Of a stretch of DNA of 64,000 bases, positions 9,834 through 19,364 are shown piece after piece. Location: sequence record NZ_CP033968.1; one strand, 5' to 3'. The stretch comes from a plasmid. Position 1 is the first letter of the stretch; each line of letters begins with the position of its first letter. Below the pieces are notes generated by a model. That model worked only from the letters and a program-made list of their open reading frames with translations, was not told where the DNA came from and did no database searches. The position numbers and the translations under genes were made by a program.

Positions 9834-12800
9834 GTGACGAGACTCAAGACGCAAACATTCTCGGCGGTTGAGACGATGCAGCAGATCCATGACACGGCCT
9901 ACCCAATGCTGCCGGCCGAACTGGGGGAAACGGAACTGGCCACGGTGTTCACCCCGAGCCCGGCCGAAATCCGCTTTGTTGCCGACCAGTATCGGCAAGC
10001 GCCCACGCGCGCGCTGATCCTCGTCCAGCTCAAGCTGTACCAGCGGCTGGGCTACTGCCCGCCAGTTTCGGGCGTTCCGACGGCCATCGTGCATCACGTG
10101 TGTTCGGTGCTGCGCATCCGCCCACTGCTGCGCAGCGTGCTGGCACGATACGACCGTTCAGGAAGCAAATCCCGCCACCAAAAGCTCCTGCGCGACTTTA
10201 TCGGCATTCGCACCACGGACGCGCAGACACACGCGTGGCTTGCCGATGTGGCCGCGCACGCGGCGCGCATCAAAACGGAACTGCCTGACATCATCAACGT
10301 CCTGATCGAGGAGCTGATCCGGCACCGCTATGAATTGCCGCCGCTGGCCGCGCTGACCAGGATCGCTGCCCACGCCCGCAGTCAGGTCAACGAAACCATC
10401 TACCGCACGATCGTCGAGGCGCTGGGGCCCGACCTGATCGTCAGAATCGATGCGCTCTTCGACAACCGTGGCGGGCGCACCGGCTGGGATCAGGTCAAAC
10501 GGGAACCCAAGCGGCCCGCGCCACGGGAGATCGCCGGGTTCCTCAAGCACATCGAGGCGCTGCGTGTCTTGGCTGATGGCATGCCGGTGGCACCGGAGAT
10601 CCTCACCGCGCCAAAGTGCACGCAGTTGGTCACGGAAGCGCGCGCCCTGGATGTCCAGGAAATGCGGTCGCTCAAGCCCACCAAGCGCTATGCGTTGGCT
10701 GTCCTGTTCATCCTTGCGCAGTTGCAAAAAGCACTGGACGACGTGGCCGAGATCTTCATCAAGACGGTGCGCAACCTGGAACATACGGCCGAATTGCGCC
10801 TGCAGCAGTACCAATTAGCGCACGCGGACCAGCTTGAGGCCCTGGTCGGTCAGTTTCGAGACGTGCTCGGTGTGCTGCAGGACGACACGCTGCCGGCGGA
10901 AGCCCGTGTCGCGAAGATGCGCGCGGCGCTGGGCGGCGATCCCGATGGGGTACTGACCCGCTGCAATGAACACATCGCCTACGCGGGAAACCATACGTTT
11001 CCCTTCATGCTGCGTCCGTATCGGAACCTGCGGGCGCTGCTGTTCCAGTGCCTCGATCTGCTATCGCTCAGGGCCAGCTCGCAAGACGATGCGCTCCTGC
11101 GAGCGCTGGACTGGATGCGCAGCTACAGGACCTCGCACCGCGAATACCTGATGCTCAGCGACCGTGACGCGGCCAACCTACCGCTGGGCTGGATACCGGA
11201 CAAGTGGGAGAAGCCGATTTTCCCGAATGGCAAGAGCGGCCGGCTGATGCACCGCAAGTACTTCGAGCTGTGCGTATTCAGCCAAATCATGCGGGAGTTG
11301 AAATCGGGTGACATCTATGTGGAGAACAGTGACCAGTACGACGATCCACGTGTGCACCAGGTGTCGTGGGAGGAGTTCCGGGCGGAACTACCGCGCTACA
11401 GCGAGCTGGTCAATTTCCCGGTCGACGGCAAGGCATTCGTCCAGGCGTTGAAAGAAGAATTGGGTACGCTCGCTGACGCGGTGGACTCTGAGTTCCCTGC
11501 CAACGACCATGTGGAGATCAGCGAACAGGGGCTCATCCTGCATCGGCTGGAGAAAGATCCCGATCCGCCCAACAAGCTGCTGATCGATCAGGCCATCACC
11601 GCGTCGATGCCACCGGTGAGCATTCTGGACATCCTGATCGAGACCGAGCGGTGGCTCGACTTGCACAAGCTGTTCGGTCCGCTGTCGGGGTTCGAAGCCA
11701 AGATCGACGATCCGCGCAAGCGGTTCATCACAACGCTGTTCTGTTATGGCTGCAATCTCGGACCGAGCCAGACCGCGCGCTCGGTGAAGAACCTGAGCCG
11801 CAAGCAGGTCGCCTGGCTGAATCTGCGACACGTCACCGAGGAGCGCCTGGACAAAGCCATCGTGCAGGTCATCAATGCCTACAACCGGTTCGCTTTGCCG
11901 AAGTTCTGGGGTTCCGGCAAGCGGGTGTCGGCCGACGGCACGAAGTGGAACCTCTACGAGCAGAACCTGCTGTCGGAATATCACATCCGGTACGGTGGCT
12001 ATGGCGGCATCGGTTACTACCATGTCTCCGACATGTACATCGCGCTGTTCAGCCACTTCATTCCCTGCGGCGTGCACGAGGCCGTCTACATCCTGGATGG
12101 GTTGCTCAAGAATGCCTCCAGCGTGCAGCCCGACACCGTCCATGGCGACACGCAGGCGCAGAGCGGGCCGGTGTTCGGCTTGGCACATCTACTGGGGATC
12201 AACCTGATGCCGCGCATCCGAAACATCAAGGATCTGGTGTTCTACAAGGCCGACCGGCGCCGGCGCTACAAAAACATCGATTCGCTGTTCCGGGGCACCA
12301 TCGACTGGGCACTGATCGAGCGGCATTTCCCGGACATGCTGCGCGTGGCCATCTCGATTAAGGTCGGCCGTATGACGCCGTCGACGATCCTCCGGCGCCT
12401 CGGCTCCGAGAGCCGCAAGAACAAGCTGTACTTCGCTTTCCGAGAGTTGGGCCGCGTCATCCGTACGATGTTCCTGCTGAAGTACATCAGCAACCCCGAC
12501 ATGCGACGGGCCATCCATGCGGCCACCAACAAGAGCGAGCAGTTCAACGACTACGCGCAGTGGCTGATGTTCGGGGGAGAGGGCGTCATCGCCGAGAACA
12601 TCCGGCACGAGCAGCGCAAGGTCATCAAGTACAACCAACTCGTGGCCAACATGGTCATCCTGTACAACGTGCAGTGGATGTCGCGCAAGCTCAAGGAGCT
12701 TCAGGAGAAGGGGTTGCCGATCGACGCCGAAGTGCTGAAGGTGCTGTCGCCTTACCGGAAGGACCACATCAACCGGTTCGGCGATTACTTGATGGACCTG

Positions 12801-12860
12801 CACAAGAAGGTGCCGCCGCTTGATCCGACGATCGATTTCTCTTTCAAATCAGCCGCTTAG
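9834..12860 (+). CDS. tnpA: Tn3-family transposase TnpA
   Basis: 1008 aa. N-terminal DNA-binding region and C-terminal DDE region characteristic of Tn3/IS1071 transposases. Confidence 0.9.
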   Translation: MTRLKTQTFSAVETMQQIHDTAYPMLPAELGETELATVFTPSPAEIRFVADQYRQAPTRALILVQLKLYQRLGYCPPVSGVPTAIVHHVCSVLRIRPLLRSVLARYDRSGSKSRHQKLLRDFIGIRTTDAQTHAWLADVAAHAARIKTELPDIINVLIEELIRHRYELPPLAALTRIAAHARSQVNETIYRTIVEALGPDLIVRIDALFDNRGGRTGWDQVKREPKRPAPREIAGFLKHIEALRVLADGMPVAPEILTAPKCTQLVTEARALDVQEMRSLKPTKRYALAVLFILAQLQKALDDVAEIFIKTVRNLEHTAELRLQQYQLAHADQLEALVGQFRDVLGVLQDDTLPAEARVAKMRAALGGDPDGVLTRCNEHIAYAGNHTFPFMLRPYRNLRALLFQCLDLLSLRASSQDDALLRALDWMRSYRTSHREYLMLSDRDAANLPLGWIPDKWEKPIFPNGKSGRLMHRKYFELCVFSQIMRELKSGDIYVENSDQYDDPRVHQVSWEEFRAELPRYSELVNFPVDGKAFVQALKEELGTLADAVDSEFPANDHVEISEQGLILHRLEKDPDPPNKLLIDQAITASMPPVSILDILIETERWLDLHKLFGPLSGFEAKIDDPRKRFITTLFCYGCNLGPSQTARSVKNLSRKQVAWLNLRHVTEERLDKAIVQVINAYNRFALPKFWGSGKRVSADGTKWNLYEQNLLSEYHIRYGGYGGIGYYHVSDMYIALFSHFIPCGVHEAVYILDGLLKNASSVQPDTVHGDTQAQSGPVFGLAHLLGINLMPRIRNIKDLVFYKADRRRRYKNIDSLFRGTIDWALIERHFPDMLRVAISIKVGRMTPSTILRRLGSESRKNKLYFAFRELGRVIRTMFLLKYISNPDMRRAIHAATNKSEQFNDYAQWLMFGGEGVIAENIRHEQRKVIKYNQLVANMVILYNVQWMSRKLKELQEKGLPIDAEVLKVLSPYRKDHINRFGDYLMDLHKKVPPLDPTIDFSFKSAA

Positions 12861-12899
12861 ACTCATTCTGGCGGAAATTTTACGAATCCCGGCCGACCC
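12856..12899. repeat. right terminal inverted repeat of the Tn3-family IS (approximate)
   Basis: CTTAGACTCATTCTGGCGGAAATTTTACGAATCCCGGCCGACCC. Its reverse complement starts GGGTCGGCC... and ends ...GTCTAAG, and it contains the tnpA stop codon. Confidence 0.4.
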
Positions 12900-13180
12900 T
12901 CAATATCCGCCAGTTCCGACGCCCATCGCTTGTAGCGAATGAATGTAGACGGCTTCAATGCAGCGAGCCTTTCCATCGGACCCGAGTCCGAGACCACGAC
13001 CGCGCTGACGATGCCATCGCCCAAGAGCGAGGCAATGCCGTAGTCCTCAAGCTCCGCGCTCTCATCGTTGAGCAGCCTACTTGGGGCTCGTTTGCCTGGA
13101 AGGGTAGTTCCCAAGCCGGCCCAAATGATATCTATCGTCAGGCCCGCAGCAAGGAATGCCGCGAAGGCTAGCTTTTTCAT
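12863..13180 (-). pseudogene. N-terminal fragment of a secreted-protein gene truncated by the IS
   Basis: Has a start codon and signal peptide (MKKLAFAAFLAAGLT...). Its last ~14 codons (EGRPGFVKFPPE) are encoded by the IS terminal repeat. Confidence 0.4.
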
Positions 13181-13302
13181 CGTGACTGACTCCGTTATCT
13201 GTTACCTCGGAGATGCGGTACGCGACCTTGTATCTCGATTGCAGGTGGGTGATCTGCATAGCCAAGCATCACGCAAACGCTCCCCACCTCAAGGAGATAC
13301 AG

Positions 13303-13833
13303 ATGAATGAAGCCCTTCCCACCAAGCACGAACTTCGCCGTCAGATGCATGAAGCGCTGGGCAGTTGGCTGTATGCCCGTCGCGCGACGAGTAAAACCAA
13401 GCAGGAGCGAGCCGAACACGTCCTCGACTACCGTCGCCGGCGGAATCAGCTTGCGGCAGGGATGTACCGCGAGGAAGTCAATGCACGCGGGAATACCGTC
13501 CATCGCGATCTGGATGCGGATCTGGCGCTCGGGTTTGTTGGCCGGGATCGATACGTGTATGACAGCAAACTCTGCGGCGCCGGCTGGCAACAGTACGACA
13601 CCGACCAGGATGCCCCTTACTTCGGGTGCTGGGTCAACCTCGAAAAGCGTTGGACCATGTGCTACGCCGAAGGCGACCGGATTCTGGTGAAATGCCCCAG
13701 CGAGGAATCGCTGAAGGCCGAGCTCGCCGACATGGATCGGTTCTATGGCCGGGCTCCTGCCGCGTTCACCTTGTTTGCCTCCGGTGGGCAGGTAACCCAG
13801 CTCGTATGCGAACGACCATCGGTCACACCCTGA
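13303..13833 (+). CDS. hypothetical protein, 176 aa
   Basis: Good RBS (AAGGAGATACAGATG) and a rho-independent terminator downstream. Confidence 0.55.
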   Translation: MNEALPTKHELRRQMHEALGSWLYARRATSKTKQERAEHVLDYRRRRNQLAAGMYREEVNARGNTVHRDLDADLALGFVGRDRYVYDSKLCGAGWQQYDTDQDAPYFGCWVNLEKRWTMCYAEGDRILVKCPSEESLKAELADMDRFYGRAPAAFTLFASGGQVTQLVCERPSVTP

Positions 13834-13850
13834 TCCGTCAAGCCTCTACG

Positions 13851-13882
13851 CCCCCGTGTTATTCACGGGGGTTTTGTTTTTC
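13851..13882 (+). terminator. rho-independent terminator
   Basis: CCCCCGTG-ttatt-CACGGGGG hairpin followed by a T-run. Confidence 0.6.
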
Positions 13883-14379
13883 TGCGGGCCATTAGCTGAC
13901 GCTGTGAGCCATACCCGATCACAGACCAACGCAAAGGAGGCTTTCGTGATCACCTGGCCTGACCTCAGGATTCCCCCCATCAACCTCTGGAATGCCCCCA
14001 GGGTGCAGCTCCCCAGCACCGTTCCCACACATAGGGCGCAACCGACCAACGGGCACCGAGGGCAGTTTCGCCCCGTCACTGCGGAGATCCAACAGCTGCT
14101 CAAAGCCCGATGACCTGCCATATCAATGAACTGCACCACCGACGCCCTGGCTAGCAAGACAGCCGGGGCGTTTCCTTTTCCATCCACCCCATAGCCCCGT
14201 CACCAGCTGCCGCCTTCTGCCCTATGCGCACTGCGCATTGCGTGCGCTGGCCGTGGATACCCGACCCGCCTCCGCGTCCTGCCCGACCTCCCACCGCTCA
14301 CCAGGTTACAGCCACCTGGTGGTCATCACCTGGCGTACGGCCATCGCAAGTGGCTCCTTTCAACCTCAGGAGATGACAC

Positions 14380-15816
14380 ATGAGCAAGCAATTGGAAACA
14401 ATGGAGATTCGGACTCTCGGCGAGAGGCGCGGCAACCCACGCCTCTGGATCGATGGGGACCAAGCCATGAGGGGAGGTTTTGCCCCGGGCGTGGAGTTCA
14501 ACCCCAAGGTCGACAAGGAACGGTGCATGCTCACACTCGAAGTCGTTACGAGCGGCGGCGAGCGTGTGGTTTCCAAGAAGATCGTCCGCGATCGTGAGAT
14601 CCCGGTAATCGACATCAACAACAGCGACCTTCTCGGGATGTTCGTGAAGCTGGGTTTGACGGCAGTTCGCATCGTCGTCAAGTACCATCGGATCTTCATC
14701 CTACCCATCGCCTCGGAGCTCCGTGCCATGGAGCGCCTGGAGCGCCTGAAGGCAAAGCTCGATGCAGGTGAGCCGTTGCTGATTGGCTCGTTCTCCGCTG
14801 GCATTGGCATCCTGGATCGTGCTGCGCACGAGGGGCTGGAAGCGGCGGGCGTCGCATCCAGGCTTGCAGTTGCCAACGAGATCCGAGCGGATTGCATGGC
14901 GCATGCCGTCGAGCGCAACCCTGTCTACGATGCCAAGACGATTTTGCTCACGGCACCGATGCAGGAGGTGGTGTTCGATTCGTGGCTAATGTCCCAGCTT
15001 CCGAAGCTGGACGGCATCGTCATTGGAATTCCGTGCAGCGGAGCATCCAGCGCAGGGCGAAGTAAGCTCAAGCTGACGCATCCCGAAGACCATCCTGACG
15101 TCGGCCATCTGGTCGTTCCGTTCCTCGCGGCCGTGGCTCAGACGTCGCCGGCGTTCGTGGTAATCGAGTGCGTGCCAAACTGGCTGAAAACGGCTTCCGC
15201 CTCCATTTCGCGATCGATGCTGAGGGATCTCGGCTACGTTGTTCACGAGACTGTGCTCAATGCCGCGGACTTCAACATGCTCGAGCATCGGCAGCGGATG
15301 GCTATGGTCGCGGTCACCAACCCACTGTCATTCGACTTTGACATGGTGGAGGTGCCTGTTCCCCAGGAGCATTGCTTCGCCGAAATCATGGACGACGTGC
15401 CGCTTGACGACAAATCGTGGAGCCGTCTTGACTACCTGAAGGAGAAGGAAATTCGCGACAAAGCCGCTAATAAGGGCTTTAGCATGACGGTGATCGATGG
15501 CACCGCAACCAAGCTACCAACCCTGAACAAGACGCTCGCGAAGCGCCAAAGCACGGGGACGTTCATTCAACATCCGATCGATCCCGACCTGCTGCGTATC
15601 CCTACGGTGGCCGAACATGGTCGCGCGAAGGGAATCTGGACGGAAATGGTGGATGGAACCACGCAGACGTTTGGACACGAAGTTTGTGGCCAGGCCATCA
15701 GCGTGCCGCCGTGGATTGCTGTCTTCAAAGCAATCGGCAAGACGCTCATCTCCTTCAAGGAGAGCGCAACGCTGACGTTCTCATCCTTCGTCAGGCCCGA
15801 GCTGAAAGCCGCTTAA
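14380..15816 (+). CDS. DNA (cytosine-5)-methyltransferase-like protein with ~130-aa N-terminal extension
   Basis: Motif I FSAGIGI (FxGxG), motif IV GIPCSGAS (PC dipeptide), motif VI VVIECVPNW (ENV-like) and motif VIII EHRQRMAMV, in canonical order. No adjacent restriction-enzyme gene. Confidence 0.6.
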   Translation: MSKQLETMEIRTLGERRGNPRLWIDGDQAMRGGFAPGVEFNPKVDKERCMLTLEVVTSGGERVVSKKIVRDREIPVIDINNSDLLGMFVKLGLTAVRIVVKYHRIFILPIASELRAMERLERLKAKLDAGEPLLIGSFSAGIGILDRAAHEGLEAAGVASRLAVANEIRADCMAHAVERNPVYDAKTILLTAPMQEVVFDSWLMSQLPKLDGIVIGIPCSGASSAGRSKLKLTHPEDHPDVGHLVVPFLAAVAQTSPAFVVIECVPNWLKTASASISRSMLRDLGYVVHETVLNAADFNMLEHRQRMAMVAVTNPLSFDFDMVEVPVPQEHCFAEIMDDVPLDDKSWSRLDYLKEKEIRDKAANKGFSMTVIDGTATKLPTLNKTLAKRQSTGTFIQHPIDPDLLRIPTVAEHGRAKGIWTEMVDGTTQTFGHEVCGQAISVPPWIAVFKAIGKTLISFKESATLTFSSFVRPELKAA

Positions 15817-15819
15817 CCC

Positions 15820-15858
15820 CCACGCCACCGACTACACATCGGTGGCGTTTTTCTTTTG
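15820..15858 (+). terminator. rho-independent terminator
   Basis: GCCACCGA-ctacacat-CGGTGGC hairpin followed by TTTTTCTTTTGG. Confidence 0.6.
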
Positions 15859-15869
15859 GGAGGGTTGGT

Positions 15870-16598
15870 TCAACGGGGCCCGGCAAGCCCCGCGTGGGTT
15901 TGGCGCCAGAAGGACGCCGCAGCGACGATTGAACGCTGATAGTTCGCTTCCGCAACGAGCGCCGCGGCGCGATCGGGAGCTTCATAGCGTGCATGGGTAG
16001 CGTCCGCATCCATCGCTGCGGCAGCCACAGTGCGAGCGGCACACGCTTCCTCTGCGAGGTGCTCGACGAGCTCCCAAACCAGCGACCTATGTCGCGGTCT
16101 GCCGGTGCCAATGATTCTGCCCTGCGCATCCACGAGTTCAACCCAGTCGATCGCCCCTGCAGTCTCGTCCTCGTCAAGCGTTGCGGCGAGATGCTCCGCC
16201 CACAGAAACTCGACGCGCTCGGCCGTCAGGACTCGCCGCGCTGACTCCAATGTCGCACCCTGAATACTGATCAAGGCCCTTGCTTTGCGCGAAAGGTTGG
16301 CCGCGCTCGAGTGCTGCCCAAATGTGGCGACATCGACGAAACCATGAACTCGAATCCACCGGCCCACGGCTTTCAGCCTGGCCTCAAGTTGGGCAAGTGC
16401 ATTCTGTGCGGACACATCGTCGCGCCCCAGCGTCGCCTTGCCGCGAACCAGAGCCGACAGAAGGTGATACTCAACCCTCTCTCTAAACGCCGCATAGAGC
16501 AATTCCGTACGCCCTTCAGTCACGTGCTGTCCCTCAAATCCGTAGCCAGTGAATGCAGTTCTCCCGGCGGGGGGCCAGGGTGAAGCTGCTCTATCCAA
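15870..16598 (-). CDS. hypothetical protein, 242 aa
   Basis: Long ORF, divergent from the dsbC-traW operon. No recognisable motif. Confidence 0.45.
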   Translation of the reverse strand: MDRAASPWPPAGRTAFTGYGFEGQHVTEGRTELLYAAFRERVEYHLLSALVRGKATLGRDDVSAQNALAQLEARLKAVGRWIRVHGFVDVATFGQHSSAANLSRKARALISIQGATLESARRVLTAERVEFLWAEHLAATLDEDETAGAIDWVELVDAQGRIIGTGRPRHRSLVWELVEHLAEEACAARTVAAAAMDADATHARYEAPDRAAALVAEANYQRSIVAAASFWRQTHAGLAGPR

Positions 16599-16882
16599 GA
16601 TGATGCCTTGTGGAGGGCAGGGGACGCTCCGGCGAGCAAAAGGAGATTTTCACGCCAATTCAGCCGCGCCGGCCAGATTTGCATCCACCAAGCGCCATGC
16701 CGATGTGCCTCATTCGCCCCACCAACGCCCTCCACGACGTCAAATTATACAGAAGACGCCAATTCAATACATAACGTGTATAGTTACGTGTGATGCATCT
16801 TCATTGATCGCAGGACGCGGGCAACCGAAGATCCGATCGTATTTGGATACACCTTCCGACAACTGAACCTGAGGGAACACGA

Positions 16883-17599
16883 ATGAAAAAGATTGCTGCT
16901 GCTCTGGCCTTTGCCGCCATGTCCATCGCTGCCCATGCTTCGCCTGAGACCGACAGCGTGATGGCGACACTGAAGATCAAGTATCCCAACACGAACTTCA
17001 CCAGCGTCGAGGCCACCCCGATTCCGGGGATCTACGAGCTCACCATGGGCAAGAACATCGCGTACACCGACAAGGAAGGGCACTACTTCCTCTTCGGCAG
17101 CATGTACGACATGGAGAAGCGCCAGGATCTCACCGCCTCAAAACGCGAAGCCGCCAACAAGATCGACGTCAGCAAGCTGCCCATTCAGGACGCGATCGTG
17201 CGCGTGAAAGGCAAGGGCACGCGCAAGCTCTACCTCTTCTCTGACCCCGACTGCCCGTATTGCAAGCAGCTCGAAGCGCAAGCGTTCCCACAGCTGGATG
17301 ACGTGACCATCTATACGTTCATGTTCCCGCTCGACTCACTGCACCCGCAGGCGAGTGCCAAGTCGGAGTCGATCTGGTGCCTGCCGGCCGCACAACGCGC
17401 TGCTGCGTGGGACAAGCTCGTCACCCAGAACGTCCCGGCGCCGGCGGCGAAGTGCGACAACCCGATCAAGCGTATTGCTGCACTGGGCGACGGCCTCGGC
17501 GTGCGGGGCACCCCGACCCTGTTCAGCGCCGATGGCCGCATCTTGCCGGGCGCCGCTGACGCTGCGCGAATCGACGCGTGGCTCAATGGTGCGAAGTAA
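16883..17599 (+). CDS. dsbC: thiol:disulfide interchange protein, DsbC-like
   Basis: Signal peptide and thioredoxin-fold CPYC active site. DsbC is typical of SXT/IncH-type transfer regions. Confidence 0.8.
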   Translation: MKKIAAALAFAAMSIAAHASPETDSVMATLKIKYPNTNFTSVEATPIPGIYELTMGKNIAYTDKEGHYFLFGSMYDMEKRQDLTASKREAANKIDVSKLPIQDAIVRVKGKGTRKLYLFSDPDCPYCKQLEAQAFPQLDDVTIYTFMFPLDSLHPQASAKSESIWCLPAAQRAAAWDKLVTQNVPAPAAKCDNPIKRIAALGDGLGVRGTPTLFSADGRILPGAADAARIDAWLNGAK

Positions 17600-17700
17600 T
17601 CAGGTGTCTCCCAACCACTCGCCTTCACGGTGAGTGGCGCATCGAAAGCCGCGGCCAAGGTCGCGGTTTTGTGCTATCTACTTCGTTGATCGGAGCCCAT

Positions 17701-18333
17701 ATGAAGGTAAGCCGCCGCACTACAGCGCTCTTCCTTGGCTTGGCACTCTCTACCATCGCCTGCGCGTCGTTTGCCGAGTCTCTCGGCCGATACGGCAATA
17801 CCTGGGACATCCAGGAGCAGGACGCTGTCGACATGATCAAAGGTCGGTTGACCAACATGGAGAAGCAGGGCCAGCTGAAGAAGTTCTGGGAAGACTACAG
17901 GAACAAGCAGCTCTCCAACCTGGAAAATCCCCCTCCAGTTCCGGGTATATCGACCGCAACCGGTCCAAAGGTGTGGACGTTTGATCCTACCTATACCTAC
18001 CCTGACAACGTGAAGGATCACCTGGGCAATGTTCTCGTTCCCGCGGGGACCAAACTCAATCCGCTCGATTTCACTGCTCTGTCGAAGGCCATCGTGTTCA
18101 TCGACGGCCGCGACCCGAAGCAAGTCCAGTACGCCAAGAAGCGCATCGACGAGAATCCCCGCGACAAGGTCGTTCTCGTCGCGGGCTCTTTCCTGAAACT
18201 AGATCGCGAATGGAAGCGACCGGTCTACTTTGACCAGCAGGGCATCCTGACTCAGCACTTTGGCATCAAGCGGGTCCCGGCAGTGCTTTCCCAGAAGGGG
18301 AAAATGCTGCAGGTCGAGGAGTTCGCGCCATGA
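17701..18333 (+). CDS. traW: F-type conjugal transfer pilus assembly protein TraW
   Basis: Signal peptide. Strong block similarity to F TraW (YFDQQGIL...VPA...VEEF C-terminus; PPVPGI; FIDGRDP). Synteny traW-traU-trbC. Confidence 0.85.
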   Translation: MKVSRRTTALFLGLALSTIACASFAESLGRYGNTWDIQEQDAVDMIKGRLTNMEKQGQLKKFWEDYRNKQLSNLENPPPVPGISTATGPKVWTFDPTYTYPDNVKDHLGNVLVPAGTKLNPLDFTALSKAIVFIDGRDPKQVQYAKKRIDENPRDKVVLVAGSFLKLDREWKRPVYFDQQGILTQHFGIKRVPAVLSQKGKMLQVEEFAP

Positions 18334-19364
18334 AGAAACTCATCTCAGCGGCCCTCCTGCTCGCCGGTGCACTCTTCGGTTCTGGCACTGCGAACGCCGA
18401 CGCGCTTTGCACGGGCAAGTTTCCCAACCTGATCTCCGACGTGTGCTGGTCATGCATGATGCCGATCAAGTTGTTCGGCACCGCGACTCTTCTCGGGGGC
18501 GGCCAGGACGACTTCGATTCTGGCCCCGTGAACCCGGTCTGCTTTTGCCAGAACCCGCCGAAAGTCGGCATCCCGACGTCATTCTGGGAGTTCGACATGA
18601 TGACGGATGTGACTGCCGTTCCAGGCTGCTTCCCGCTGCTCGGTGGGGTGAGGGTGAACACTGGCGTGAATGCCGATGCCTTCGGCCAGATCTCCGATGA
18701 CCAGTCGGGGGAGATCGGGTCTACCCGGACGTCGTTCATGCAGGTGAACCTCTACATCAATCCGGCACTGTACGTCATGGGCGCGATTCTGGACGATTCC
18801 TGTCTGGACCAGCGGGGCATTGACATCCCTTGGGTGTCCTTCGCCGACCCGACGCACAACGATGATGAGCTCGCCGGCATCATCGCGCCTTACGCGTTCC
18901 CGTTCGGAGGGATGGTTGCCATCGGCGCAATGTCAGCCGATGCAGTGGCGGCTACTGCAGGCTTTCCGATCCCAGAGATCTTCTGGGCCGCGGGCGCCTA
19001 CGGGCACATGTATCCCCTGACAGGGAATAATGAGGCTCACCTGAGCATGGAGCAGACTGCGCGGCTCCAGACGACGCGCGTTCTGGCCAAACTCCATGCC
19101 GCCGGAACGCAGTGGTCAGCGTTCGGCAGCGATGCCATGTGCGGCTACTACCCGCAGATCATCATGGATAAGCGGCAGTACAAGTTCACGCGCCTGTACC
19201 CAATTCCGCAGACCGTCAAGATCGCCGGCAAATGCTGCGACCCGATCGGGCGATCGCCCATTCTTACCCAAACAAACACTGAATTGCCCATGCCGGGCTG
19301 GAGGGACTTTGGCTATGCGATATTCCGCAAACGTGATTGCTGCAGCGGCGCTTCTCCTGGCTAA
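18330..19364 (+). CDS. traU: F-type conjugal transfer pilus assembly protein TraU
   Basis: Signal peptide plus conserved Cys pattern (CTGKFPNLISDVCWSCMMPI...) matching F TraU. Confidence 0.85.
   Translation: MKKLISAALLLAGALFGSGTANADALCTGKFPNLISDVCWSCMMPIKLFGTATLLGGGQDDFDSGPVNPVCFCQNPPKVGIPTSFWEFDMMTDVTAVPGCFPLLGGVRVNTGVNADAFGQISDDQSGEIGSTRTSFMQVNLYINPALYVMGAILDDSCLDQRGIDIPWVSFADPTHNDDELAGIIAPYAFPFGGMVAIGAMSADAVAATAGFPIPEIFWAAGAYGHMYPLTGNNEAHLSMEQTARLQTTRVLAKLHAAGTQWSAFGSDAMCGYYPQIIMDKRQYKFTRLYPIPQTVKIAGKCCDPIGRSPILTQTNTELPMPGWRDFGYAIFRKRDCCSGASPG

Larger units (their letters stand above)
9609..12899. mobile_element. Tn3-family insertion sequence (IS1071-like, tnpA only)
   Basis: Single ~1008-aa Tn3-type transposase flanked by imperfect inverted repeats that start GGGG and end TAAG. 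The tnpA stop codon lies inside the right IR, as in Tn3-family elements. No tnpR or res site seen. Confidence 0.65.

Noticed and set aside
17578-17700. Upstream extension of the traW ORF (track start 17578).
   Set aside because: The extension overlaps dsbC and lacks a signal peptide. The internal Met at 17701 gives a proper signal peptide and matches the F TraW N-terminus.
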